Below are positions 47,001 to 59,800 of a stretch of 64,000 nt of DNA, in pieces. Position 1 is the stretch's first letter, and each line of letters starts with the position of its first letter. Source of the DNA: the human T2T-CHM13v2.0 reference genome, Homo sapiens; the NCBI RefSeq assembly GCF_009914755.1, contig NC_060930.1, one strand, 5' to 3'. Below the pieces are notes generated by a model, which did no database searches, was not told the origin of the DNA, and was given only the letters and a program-made list of their open reading frames with translations. Made by a program: the position numbers and the translations under genes.

Positions 47001-50000
47001 CAGTTTCTCAGATAGCTTAATTCTAGTTTTTATCCTGGGATATTTACTTTTTTGCCATTGGCCTCAATGAGCTACCAAATGTCCATTTGCAGAAAAATTA
47101 AAAAAAAAAACAGTGTTTCCAAACTGGTAAATGAAAAGAAAAATTTAACTCTGTGAGACAAATGCGCAAATCTCAAGCGAGTTTCTCAGAAAGCTTGTTT
47201 CTATTTTTTACCTGATGATATTTACCTTTTCACCATAGACCTCAATGTGGGTCCAAATATTCCTTTGCAGATTTCACAAAAAACAGTGTTTCCAAATGGC
47301 TGAAGGAAAAGATAACTTTAACTCTGTGAGATGAATACCCACAGCACAAAGCAATTTCTCAGAGAATTTTCTTCTAGTTTTTATCCCAGGATATTTGCTT
47401 TTTCACAATTGACCTCAATTAGCTCCCAATTGTCTTTTCCCAGAATGGACAAAAACAGTGTTTCCAAAATGCTGAATGAAAAGGAAGGTTTAACTCTGTG
47501 GGATGAATGCACACATCAAAAAGTGGTTTCTCATATAGCTTCCTTCTAGCTTTTATCCTGGCATATTCAGTTTTTCACCAGTGGCCTCATTCAGTTCCCA
47601 AATGTCCATTCACAGAATAGATAAAAACAGTGTTTCCAAAGGGCTGAATCAAAAGAAAGGTTTAACTCTGTGAGATGAATGCACACATCAACAAAGCAGT
47701 TTCTCAGAAAGCTTCTTTCTACTTTTTAACTGAAGATATTTTCTTTTTCACCAGAGGCCTCAATGCACTTCCAATATCCTTTCACAGATTCTTCAAAACT
47801 GCTGAATTAGAAGAAAGGTTTAAGTGTGCCAGATGAATGCAAACTTCACAAACGGGATTCTCAGATTGCTTCCTTCTAGTTTTTATTGTAGGATATTCTC
47901 TTTTTCACCATTGGCCTCAAAGAGCTCCCAAATGTCCATTCTCAGAATTGACAAAAACAGTGTTTCCAAACTGGTGAATCAAAAGAAAGATTTAACTCTA
48001 TGAGATGAATGCACACATCACAAAGCGGTTTCTCAGAAAGCTTTCTACTCTCAATCTGAAGATATTTTCTTTTTCACCATAGCCCTCAATGCCCTCCCAA
48101 ATTTCCCTTTGCATATACTGTAAAAACGTTTCCAAGCTGCTGAATGGAAAGAAAGGTTTAACTCTGTGAGATGAATGCACACCTCTCAAAACATTTTCTC
48201 AGATAGCTTCCTTGTATTTGAGATATTTGCTTTTTTGCCATTGGCCTCTATGAGCTTCTAAAAGTCCATTTGCAGAATGGACAAAAACTATGTTTCCAAA
48301 CTGCTGAATCAAAAGAAAGCTTCAACTCTGTGAGATGAATGTACACATCAAAAAGCAGTTCCTCAGAAAGACTCATTCTACTTTTAATCTGAAAATATTT
48401 TCTTTTTCACCATAGCCTTCAAGGCACTTCCAAATATCTCTTCAAAGATTCTACAAAAAGAAGGTTTCCAAATTGCTGAATGAAAGTGAGCTTTAACTCA
48501 GTGAGATGAATGCAAACCTCACCAAGTGGTTTCTCGGATCACTTTCTTCTAGTTTTTGTCCTTTGACATATGCTTTTTTGTTATTGGCCTCAATGAGCTT
48601 CCAAATGTCCATTTGCAGAATGGACAAAACAGTGTTTCCAAACTGCTGAATCAAAAGTAAGGTTTAACTCTGTGAGATGAATGCGTACACCAAAAAGCAG
48701 TTCCTCAGAAAGCTTCTTTCTACTTTTTATCTGAAGATATATTCTTTTTTACCACTGGCCTCAACATGCTCCCAAATATCCTTTCACAGATTCTAGAAAA
48801 ACAGTGTTTCCAAACTGCTGAATAAAAAGAAAGGTTCAACTCTGTGAGATGAATGCACACATCACATAGCAGTTTCTCAGACAGATTCCTTCTAATTTTC
48901 ATCCTCAGATGTTCACTTTTTCACCATTGGTCTCTATGAGCTCCCAAATGTCCATTCGCAGAATGGACAAAAACAGTGTTTCCACAATGCTGGGTCAAAA
49001 GGGCGGTTTAATTCTGGAGATTAATGCACACATCACAAAGCAGTTTCTCATATAGCATCTTTCTAGTTTTTAGCTGAAGATATTTTCTTTTTCACCATAG
49101 GCCTCAATGTGCTCCCTAATATCCCTTCGCAGATTTGACAAAAACAGTATTTCCAAACTGCTGAATGAAAAGAAAAGTTTTACTCTGCAAGATGAATGCA
49201 CACAACCAAAAGCATTTCCTCCAAAAGCTTCTTTCTACTTTTTATTTGAAGATATTTTGTTTTTCAGCATAGACCTCAATGTGCTCCCAAATATGCCTTT
49301 GCAGATTCTACAAAAACAGTGTTTCCAAATTGCTGAATGAAATGAAAGTTTTAACTCCGTTAGATGAAGGCACACATCAAAAAGCAGTTTCTCAGATAGC
49401 TTACTTCCAGATTTTATCCTGTGATATTTACTTTTTTGCTATTGGACATATGAACTCTCAAATGTCCATTCTGTGAATGGACAAAAACAGTGTTTTCAAA
49501 CTGCTGAATCAAAAGAAACCTTTAGCACCATGAGGTGAATGCACACATCATAAAGCAGTTTCTCAGAAAGCTTATTTCTAGTTTTTATCTGAAGGTATTT
49601 TCATATTCATTGTAGTTTTCAATGCCATCCCAAATATCCCCTTGCAGTTTCTGCAAAAACAGTGTTTCAAAACTCTTGAATGAAAAGAAAGGTTTAAATC
49701 TGCAAGTTGAATGCACACATCACAAGTGGTTTCTCAGATAGCTTCCTTCTAGTTTTTATCCTGGGATATTCCCTTTTTTGCCATTGGTTTCAATGAGCTC
49801 CCAAATGTCAATTTGAAGAATGAAAAAGACATGTTTCCAAACTGCTGAATCCAAAAAAGTTTAACTCTGTGAGATGAATGCACATATCATAAAGCAAGTT
49901 TCTCAGAAAGCTTCTTTCTCGTTTTTATCTGAAGATATTTTCTTTTTCAACATAGTCCTCAATGCACTACCAATTATCCTATCACAGATTCTACAAAAAC

Positions 50001-53000
50001 AGTGTTTCCAAAATGCTAAATGAAAAGAAATTTTAACTCTGGGAGATGAATGAACACATCAAAAAGAAGTTTTTCAGAGAGTCTCCTTCTAGTTTTACCC
50101 TGGGGTATTCACTTTTTTGCCATTATCCTCACTGAGCTTCCAAATGTCACAGAAGGGACAAAAACAGTGTTTCCAAACTGCTGAATCATAAGAAAGTTTT
50201 AACTCTATGAGACAAATGCACACATCACAAAACCATTTCTCAGAAAGATTCTTTGTACTTTTTAGCTTTAGATATTTTCTTTTTTGCCATAGGCCTCAAT
50301 GCACTCCCAAGTATCCCTTCTCAGATTCTACAAAAACAGAGTTTCCAAACTACTGAATGAAAAAAAAGGTTGAGGTCTGTGAGATGAATGCACACATCAC
50401 AAAGCAGTTTTTCAGATTACTTCCTTCTAGTTTTTATCCTGTGATATACTCCTTTTCAATGTTGGCCTTAATGATCTCCCAAATGTCCATTCACAGAAAG
50501 CACAAAAACAGTGTTTCCAAACTGTGGAACCAAAAGAAAGTTTTAACTCTGTGAGATGGATGCACACATGACAAAGCTGTTTCCCAGAAAGCTTCTACCT
50601 ACTCTTTATCTGAAGATATTTCTGTTTTTCACAATGGGCTTCAATGTGCTCACAAATATTACCTCACAGATTCTACAAAAGTAGTGTTTCCAAACTACTG
50701 AGTTAAAGGAAAGTTTTAAGTCTGTGAGATGAATGAACACCTCACAAAGCCCTTTCTCAGATAGCTTCCTTGTAGTTTTTATCCTGGGATATTCGCTTTG
50801 TCACCACTGTCATCAATGAGGTCCAAAATGTTCATTTGCAGAAAGGACAAAAACAGTGTTTCCAAACTACTGAATCAAAAGAAAGTTTTAACTTTGTGAG
50901 GTGAATGCCCCCATCACAAAGGAGTTTCTCAAGATGCTTCTTTCTGGTTTTTATCTGTACATATTTTCTTTTTCAAACTAGGCCTCAATGAGCTGCCAAA
51001 TATCTCTTTGCAGATTCTACAAAAACAGTGTTTCCAAACTGCTGAATTAAAAAAAAAGTTTTACTCTGTGAAATGAATGCACACATCACAAAGCAGTTTC
51101 TCAGAAAGCTTCTTTCTAGTTTTTACTGAAGATATTTTCTTTTTTACCTTAGGCCTCAACACGCTCCCAAATATCCCTTCACAGATTTTGCAGAAAGAGT
51201 GTTTTCAAACTGCTGAATGAAAAGAAAGTTTTAACACTGTGAGATGAATGAACACATCACAAAGCTGTTTCTTAGATATCTTCCTTCTAGTTTTTATCCT
51301 TGGATATTCTCTTTTTTGCCATTGTCCTCAATGAGCTGCCAAATGTCCATTCATAGAATTGATATGAGCAGTGTTTCCAAACTGCTGAATGAAAAGAATG
51401 GTTTAACTTGATGAGGTGAATGCACACATCACAAAGAAGTTTCTCAGAAAGTTTCATTCTACTTTTTCTCATAAGACATTTTCTATTTCACCATAGTCCT
51501 CGATGTTCTCCAAAATATCTCTTCACAGATTTTACAAAATAATGTTTCCAAAATGCTGAATGAAAATAAAAGTTTAACTCTGTGAGATGAATGCACACAT
51601 CACAAAGTGGTTTCTCAGTTAGTGTCCTTATTGTTTTTATCCTGGGATATTTGCTTTTCCATAATTGGCCTCAATGAACTTTCAAATGTCCATACACAGA
51701 ATGTATAAAAACAGTGTTTCCAAACTGCTACCTGACAAGCAAGGTTAAGTCTGTGAGATTAATGCAACCATCACAAAGCAGCTTCTCAGAAAGCTTCTTT
51801 CTACTTTTATATGAAGGTATTTTCTTTTTCAGCATAGGAATCAATGTGCTTCAAAATATCTGTTCGCAGATTCCACAAAAACAGTGTTTCCAAATTGCTG
51901 AAAGAAAAGAAAGGTTTAACTCTGTCAGATGAATGCACACATCACAAAGCAGTTTCTCAGGTACCTTCCTTCTAGTATTTATCCATTGATATTCACTTTT
52001 TGGCCATAGGCCCCCAATGAGCTCCCAAATGTCCATTTGCAGAATGGACAAAAACAGTGTTTAAACACTACTAAATCAAACTAAAGTTTCATCTCTGTGA
52101 GATGAATGCACACCTCACAAAGCTGTTTCTCAGATAGCTTCTTTCTAGATTTTATCTGAAGATATTTTCTTTTTTACCATAGGCCTATATGAGCTTGCAA
52201 ATTTCCCATCACAGATACTACAAAAAGTTTTTCCAAACTGCTGAATGAAAAGAAAGATTTAACTCCGTGAGATTAATGCTCACATGACCAAGCAGTTTCT
52301 CACATAGATTTCTTTTAGTTTTCATCCTGGTATATTCACTTTTTTGCCATTGGCCTCAAGGAGATACAAAGTGTCCATTTGCAGAATGGACAAAAACATT
52401 GTTGCCAAACTGTTGAATCAAAGGAAAGATTTAAATCTGTGAGATGAATGCACACATCACAAAGCAGTTTCTCAGATAGCTTCCTTCTGGTTTTTATCCT
52501 GGGATATATGTTTTTCCACCATTGGGCTCAATGAGATCCCAAATGTCCATTTGCAGAATAGACAAAAAGAGTGTTTCAAATTTGCTGAACCAAAAGAAAG
52601 GTGGAACTCTGTGAGATGAATGCTCACATCACAACACAGTTTCACAGAAAGTTTCTTTCTACTTTTTATGTTAAGATAAATTCTTTTTCACCATAGGCCT
52701 CGATCCACTCCAAAATATCCTTTTGCAGATTCTATAAAAACAGTGTTTCCAAACTGCTGAATCAAAAGGGAGATTAAACACTGTGAGATTAATGCACACA
52801 TCTGAGAGTGGTTTCTCAGATGGCTTCCTTCTAGGTTTTATCCTGAAATATTCACTTCCTCATCATTAGGTTCAATGAGCTACAAAATGTCCATTCGCAG
52901 AATGTACAAAACCAGTGCTCCCAAACTGCTAAATCTAAAAAAGATTTAACTCTGGGAGACGAATGCACACATCACAAAGCAGTTCCTCACAAACTTCTAT

Positions 53001-53814
53001 CTTCATTTTATCTGAAGATATATTCTTTTTCACCATAGGCCTCATTGTGCTCTAAAATATCCCTTCACAGCTTCTACAAAAACTGTTTCCAAACTGCTGA
53101 ACGAATGCATTAACTCTGCGAGGTGAACGCAGACATCACAAAGCAGTTTCTCAGAAAGCTTCTTTCTACTTTTTATCTGTAAATATTTTCTTTTTCACAT
53201 TAGGCCTTAATGCACTCCCAAATATCCCTTTGCAGTTCCTACAAAGACAGTGTTTCCAAACTGTTGATTGAAAAGAATGATTTAACTCTGCAAGATGAAT
53301 GCACACATCAGAGAGCAGTTTCTCAGAAAGCATCATTCTAGTTTTAATCCCAGGATATTTGCTTTTGGGCCATTGACCTCAATAAGCACCATTCTGTGAA
53401 AGGACAAACACAGTGTTTCCAAGCTGCTGAATTAAAAGAAAGGTTCAACTGTGTGAGATGAATGCACACATCTCAAAGCAGTTTCTCAGAAACCTTCTTT
53501 CTAGTTTTTATATGAAGGTATTTACTTTTTCACCATAGGCCTCAATGCGCTCCCATATATTCCTTCACAGATTCTACAAAAACAGTGTTTCCAACCTGTT
53601 GAATGAAAAGAAAAGTTTAACTCAGTGAGATGAGTGCACACATCAAAAAGTGGTTTCTCAGGTACCTTCCTTCTACTTTTTATCCTGGGTTATTCACTTT
53701 AACCAATGAGCCCCCAAATGTCCATTTGCATAATGGACAAACACCTTGTTTCCAAACAGCTGAATCAAAAGAAAGTTTTAACTATATGAGATGCATGCAT
53801 GCATCAAAAAGCAG
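41061..53814 (-). repeat. Divergent alpha satellite, dimeric ancient type
   Basis: Continuous ~171-bp monomers, mostly alternating type 1 and type 2, A-box only. Confidence 0.97.
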
Positions 53815-56800
53815 AAGTGCTTTTGCAGAAACTACCAAGGGATATTTGGGAGCACATTGATGCCTATAGTGAAAACGCAAATATCTTCAGACAAAAAGTA
53901 GAAAGAAGCATTCAGAGAAACTTCTTTGTGATGTGTGCATTTTTATTACAGAGTTTAACCTTTCTTTAGACTCAGTAGTTTGGAAACACTGTTTTTCTCC
54001 TTTCTGCAAAAGGGCATTTGGGAACTCATGGGGGCCAATGGCAAAAAAGTGAATATCCCAGGATAAAAAATAGAAGGAAGCTATCTGAGAAACCGCTCAG
54101 TGATGTGTGCATTCACCTTGCAGAAGTAAAGTTTCCTTTTCATTCAGCAGTTTGGAAACACTTTTTTTGTAGAATCTGCGAAGGGATATTTGGAAGCATG
54201 TTGAGGCCCATGGTGAAAAAGAAAATATCTACAGATAAAAAGTAGAAAGAAGCTTTATGAGGAACTGCTTTGTGATGTGTGCTTTCATCTAGAGAGTTCA
54301 ACATTCCTTTTGATTCAGCAGTTTGGAAACATGGTTTTTGTCCATTCTGTGAATGGGCATTTGAGAACTCATTCAGGCTAATGGCAAAAAAGCTAATATC
54401 CCAGGTTAAAAACTAGAAGGCAGCTATCTGAGAAACCACTTTGTGAGGTGTGCATTCAACTCATGGAGATAAAGTTTCCTTTTCATTCAGCAGTTTGGAA
54501 ACACTGTTTTTTTAGAATCTGCAAAGGGACATTTGGGAGTGCTTTGAGGCCTATAGTGAAAAAGAAAATATCTTCAGACAAAAAGTAGAAAGAAGCTTTC
54601 TGAGAAACTGCTTTGTGATGTGTGCATTTATCACACAGAGGTAAACTTTCCTTTTGATCCAGCAGTTTGGAAACACTGTTGTTGTAGCATCTGCAAAGGG
54701 ATATTTAGGAACACATTGAGGCCTATGGTGAAATAGAAAATATCTTCCAATAGAAACTAGACAGAAGCATACTGAGTAATTGCTTTGTGATGTGTGCATT
54801 CATCTCCCAGTGTTAAACGTTTCTTTTCATTCACCAGTTTGGAAACAGTGCTTTTGTCCATTCTGTGAATGGGCATTTGGGAGCTCATTGAGGCCAATGG
54901 AGATAAATGGAATAGCCCAGGATAAAAACTTCAAGGAAGCTATCTCAGAAACTATTTTGTGATGTGTGCATTGATCTTGCAGAGTTAAAACTTTCCTTAC
55001 ATTCAGCAGTTTAGAAACTGTTTTTGTAGAATCTGCAAAGAGACATTTGGGAGCATTTTGAAACCTATGGTGAAAAAGAAAATATCTTCAGATAAAAACT
55101 GAAGGAAGCTTTCTGACAAACTGCTTTGTGATATGTGCTTTCATCTCATGGAGTTAAACTTTTCTTTTGATTCAATAGTTTGGAAACATTGTTTTTTTTC
55201 ATTCTGTGAATGGATATTTGGGAGCTCATTGAGGCCAAGGCAGAAAAAGGGAATACCCCAGGATAAAAACTACAAGGAAGCTATCAGAGAAACAGCTTTG
55301 TGATGTTTGCATTCCGCTTGCAGAGTTAAACCTTTCTTTTTATTCAGCAGTTTGGAAACATTGTTTTTCTAGAATCTGCGAAGGGATATTTTGGAGTGCT
55401 TTGAGAACTACAGTGAAAAAGAAAATATCTTAAGGTAAAGAGTAGAAGAAGTTTTGTGAGAAACTGCTCTGTGGTGGCTGTATCCATCTAACAGAGTTAA
55501 ACATTATTTTTGATCCAGCAGTTTGGAAACACTGATTTTGTAGAATCTGTGAAGGGATATTTTGGAGCACATTGAGGCCTATGGTGAAAAAGAAAATATC
55601 TTCAAATAGAAACTAAACAGAAGCTTTCTGAGAAACTGCTTTGTGGTGTGTGCTTTCATCTAACAGAGTTAAATGTTTCTTTTGATTCAAGAGTTTGGAA
55701 ACAGTGTTTTGTCCATTCTGCAAATGGACATTTGGGAGCTCATTGAGGCAAATGGTGAAAAAGGGAATATACCAGGATAAGAAGTAGAAGGAAGCCATTT
55801 GAGAAACCACGGTGTGAAGTCTGCATTCATCTTGCAGACATAAATATTTCCTTTCATTCAACAGTTTGTAAACACTTTTTTTGTAGGATCTGCAAAGGGA
55901 TATTTTGGAGCACTTTGAGCCCTTGGTGAAAAAGAAAATATTTTCAGATAAGAAGTAGAAAGAAGCTTTCTGAGAAACTAATTTCTGATGTGTGCATTCA
56001 TCTCACATAGCTAAACTTTTTTTTTATCCATTAGATTGGAAACAGTATTTTTGTCATTCTGTGAATGGATATTTGGGAGCTCCTTTAGGCTGATAGAGAG
56101 AAAGCGAATATCCCAGGATAAAAACTGGAAGGAAGCAATCTGAGAAAACCCCTTTGTGACATTTGCATTCATCTCACAGAGTTAAAACTTTCTTTTCATT
56201 CAGCAGACAGGAAAATATGTTTTTGTAGGATCTGCTAAGGGATATTTTGGAGTGCATTGGGGCCTATGGTGAAAAAGAAAATACTTTAAGATAAAAAAGT
56301 ACAAAGAAGCTTTCTGAGAAACTGCTTTCTGATGTGTACATTTATCTCACAGAGTTAAACTTTCTTTGGATACAGCAGTTTGGAAACACTGTTTTTGTCC
56401 ATTCTACGAATGGGCATTTTGGCACTCATTGAGGCCAATGGTGAAAAAGCAAATTTCCCTGGATAAAACCAGAAGGAAACTATCTGAGAAATGGCTTTGT
56501 TATGGGGGCATTCATCTCACACACCTAAACCTTTCTTCTCATTCAGCAGTTTGGAAACACTGTTTTTGTAGAATCTGTGAAGGGATATTAGGGAGCGTAT
56601 TGAGGCCTATGGTGAAAAAGAAAATATCCTCAGATAAAAAGTAGAAAGAAGCTTTCAGAGAAACTGCTTTGTGAGGTGTGAACTCATCTCCCAGTGTTAA
56701 ACCTTTCTTCTGATTCAGCAGTTTGGAAACCCGTTTTTGTCCATTCTGTGAATGGAAATTTGGGAGCTCATTGAGGCCAGTGGCAAAAAGATGAATATCC

Positions 56801-59800
56801 CAGGATAAAAACTAGAAGGAAGCTATCAGAGAAACAGCTTTGTGATGTCTGCATTCATCTCACAGAGTTAAATCTTTCTTTTCCTTCAGCAGTTTGGAAA
56901 AACTGTTTTTGTAGAAACTGTGAATGGATATTTGAAAGCTCATCAAGTTCTATGGCAAAAAAGAAATTATCCTCAGATAAAAAGAAGAAAGAAGCTTTCT
57001 GAGAAACTGTTTTGTGATGTGTACGTTCATCTCACAGAGTTAAACCTTTCTATTCATTCAGCAGTTTGGAAACACTGGCTTTGTTATTTCTGTGAAAGAC
57101 ATTATGGAGCTCATTGAGGCCAAAGGCATAAAAGTGAATATCTCAGGATAAAAATGAGACTATCTGAGAAACCACTTTGTGATGTGTGCATTCATCTTGA
57201 AGAGTAAAACGATTCTTTTCATTCAGCAGTTTGGAAATGCTGTTTTTGTAGAATCTGTTAAGGGATAGTTCCGAGTGCCTAGAGGCCTATGGTGAAAAAG
57301 AAAATATCAGATAAAAACTAGAATGAAGCTTTCTGAGAAACTGCTTTGTGATGTGTGAATTCATCTCATAAAGTTAAGCCTTTCTTTTGATTCAACAGTT
57401 TGAAAAGACTGTTTTTGTCCATTCTGTGAATGGACATTTGGGACCACACTGAGGCCAATGGAGAAAAAGCAAATATTCCAGGATAAACACTAGAAGGAAG
57501 CTGAGAAACTGCTTTGTGATGTGTGCATTAATCTTGCAGAGTTAAACCTTTCTTTTCATTCAGCAGTTTAGAAACACTGTTTTTGTAGAACCTCCAAAGG
57601 GATATTTGGGACCCCATTGAGACCTATTGTGAAAAAGTAAATATGTTCTTATAAAAACTAGAAAGAAGCTTTCTGAGAAACTGCCTTGTGATGTGTGCAT
57701 GTGTCTCACAGAGTTAAACCTTTCTTTTCATTCAGCAGTTTGGAAACACTGTTTTTGTGGAATCTCTGAAGGGATATTTCAGAGCACATTTAGGCCTATG
57801 GTGAAAAAGAAAACATCTTCAAATAAAAACAAGACAGAAGCTTTCTGAGAAACTGCTTTTTGATGTGTGCATTCAGCTCACGGTGTTAAACTTTTCTTTT
57901 CATTCAACAGTTTGGAAACAGTGTTTTTGTTCATTCTGCAAATGGACATTTGGGAGTTCATTGACACCAATGGAGAAAAGCAAATATCCCAGGATAAAAA
58001 CTTCAAGGAAACTATCTGAGAAACTGCTTTGTGATGTATGCATTCATCTCACAGAGGTAAACCTTTCCTTACGTTCAGCAGTTTGGAAACACTGTTTTTG
58101 TAGAACCTGTGAAGGTATATTTGGGATCCCCTTGAGGCCTATGGTGATAAAGTCAATATCTTCTTATAAAAACTAGAAAGAAGGATTCTGAGAAACTGCT
58201 TTGTGATGTGTGCATTCATCTCACAGAGTTTAACCATTCTTTACATTCAGCAGCTTGGAAACACGGTTTTGTAGAATCTGTGCAGGGATATTTCAGAGAG
58301 CTTTGAGGCCTATGATAAAAAAGAAATATCTTCAAATAATAACTAGACAGAAGCTTTCTGCGAAACTGCTTTGTGATGTTTGCTTTCATCTCACAGAGTT
58401 AAAATTTCCTTTGGTTTCAATAGTTTGGAAACACAGTTTTTGTTCTTTCTGCCAATGGCCATTTAGGAGATCTTCGAGGCCAAAGGAGAAAAAGCAAATA
58501 TCTCAGGATAAAAAATTCAAGGAAGCTATGTGAGAAACTGCCATGTGATGTTTGCATTCATCTCACAGAGTTAAACCTTTCTTTTCATTCAACAGTTTGG
58601 AAACACTGTTTTTGTTGAATCTGCAAAGGGATATTTCAGAGCCCAAAGCGTCCTATGTTGAAAAGGTAAATATCTTCATATAAAAACTAGAAAGAAGCTT
58701 TCTTAGACACTGCTTTGTGATGTGTGTATTCATCTCACAGAGTTAATCCTTTCTTTTGATTCAATGGTTTAGAAACACTGTTTTTGTCCATTCTGCAAAG
58801 GTATAATTGGGGGAGCATTGAGGCCTAATATGAAAAAGAAAATATCTTCAGATAAAAACAAGAAAGAAGCTTTAAGAGAAACTGCTTTGTGATGTGTGGC
58901 TTCATCTCACAGAGTTAATCATATCTTTTGACCCAACACGTTGGAAACACTGTTTTTGTCCATTCTGCAAAGGGATATTTAGGAGCACCTTGAGGCCTAA
59001 GGTGAAAAAGAAAATATCTTCAGATAAAACTAGAAAGATGCTTCTGAGAAACAGCTCTGTGATGTGTGCATTCATCTCACAGAGTTAAACGTTTGCTTTC
59101 TTTCAGCAGTTTGGAAACACTGTTTTTGTAGAATCTGCAAAGGGATAATTTGGAGCCCAATGAGGCCTATGGTGAAAAAGGAAATAATTTCAAATAATAA
59201 CTAGACAGAAGGTTTTTGTGAAACTGCTTTGTGATGTCTACTTTCATCTCACAGAATTAAAATTTTCTACTTTTCCAACAGTTTGGAAACACTGTTTTTG
59301 TCCATTCTGTGACAGGACATTTGGGAGCTCGTTTAGGCCAAAGAAGGAAAAGAGAATACCCAAGGATAAAAAATACAAGGAAGCCATCTGAGAAACGGAT
59401 TTGTGAGGTGCACATTCATCTAGCTGAGTTAAACCTTTCTTTTCATTCAGGAGTTTGGAAACCCAGTTTGTGTAGTATCTGCAAAGGGATATTTGGGAGC
59501 CCATCGTGTCCTTTGGTGAAAAAGTAAATATCTTCATATAAAAACTAGAAAGAAGCGTTCTGAGAAACTGCTTTGTGATGCGTGCATTCAACTCACAGAG
59601 TTAAACCTTTCTTTTGATCCAGCAGTTTGGAAACACTGTTTTTGTAGTATCTGCAAAGGGATATTTTGGAGTGCATTGAAGCCTACACTAAAAAAGAAAA
59701 TATCATCAAATAAAAACTAGACAGAAGCTTTCTGAGAAACTGTTTTGTGAAGTATGAATTCAACTCACAGAGTTAATCCTTTATTTTGATTCAACAGTTT

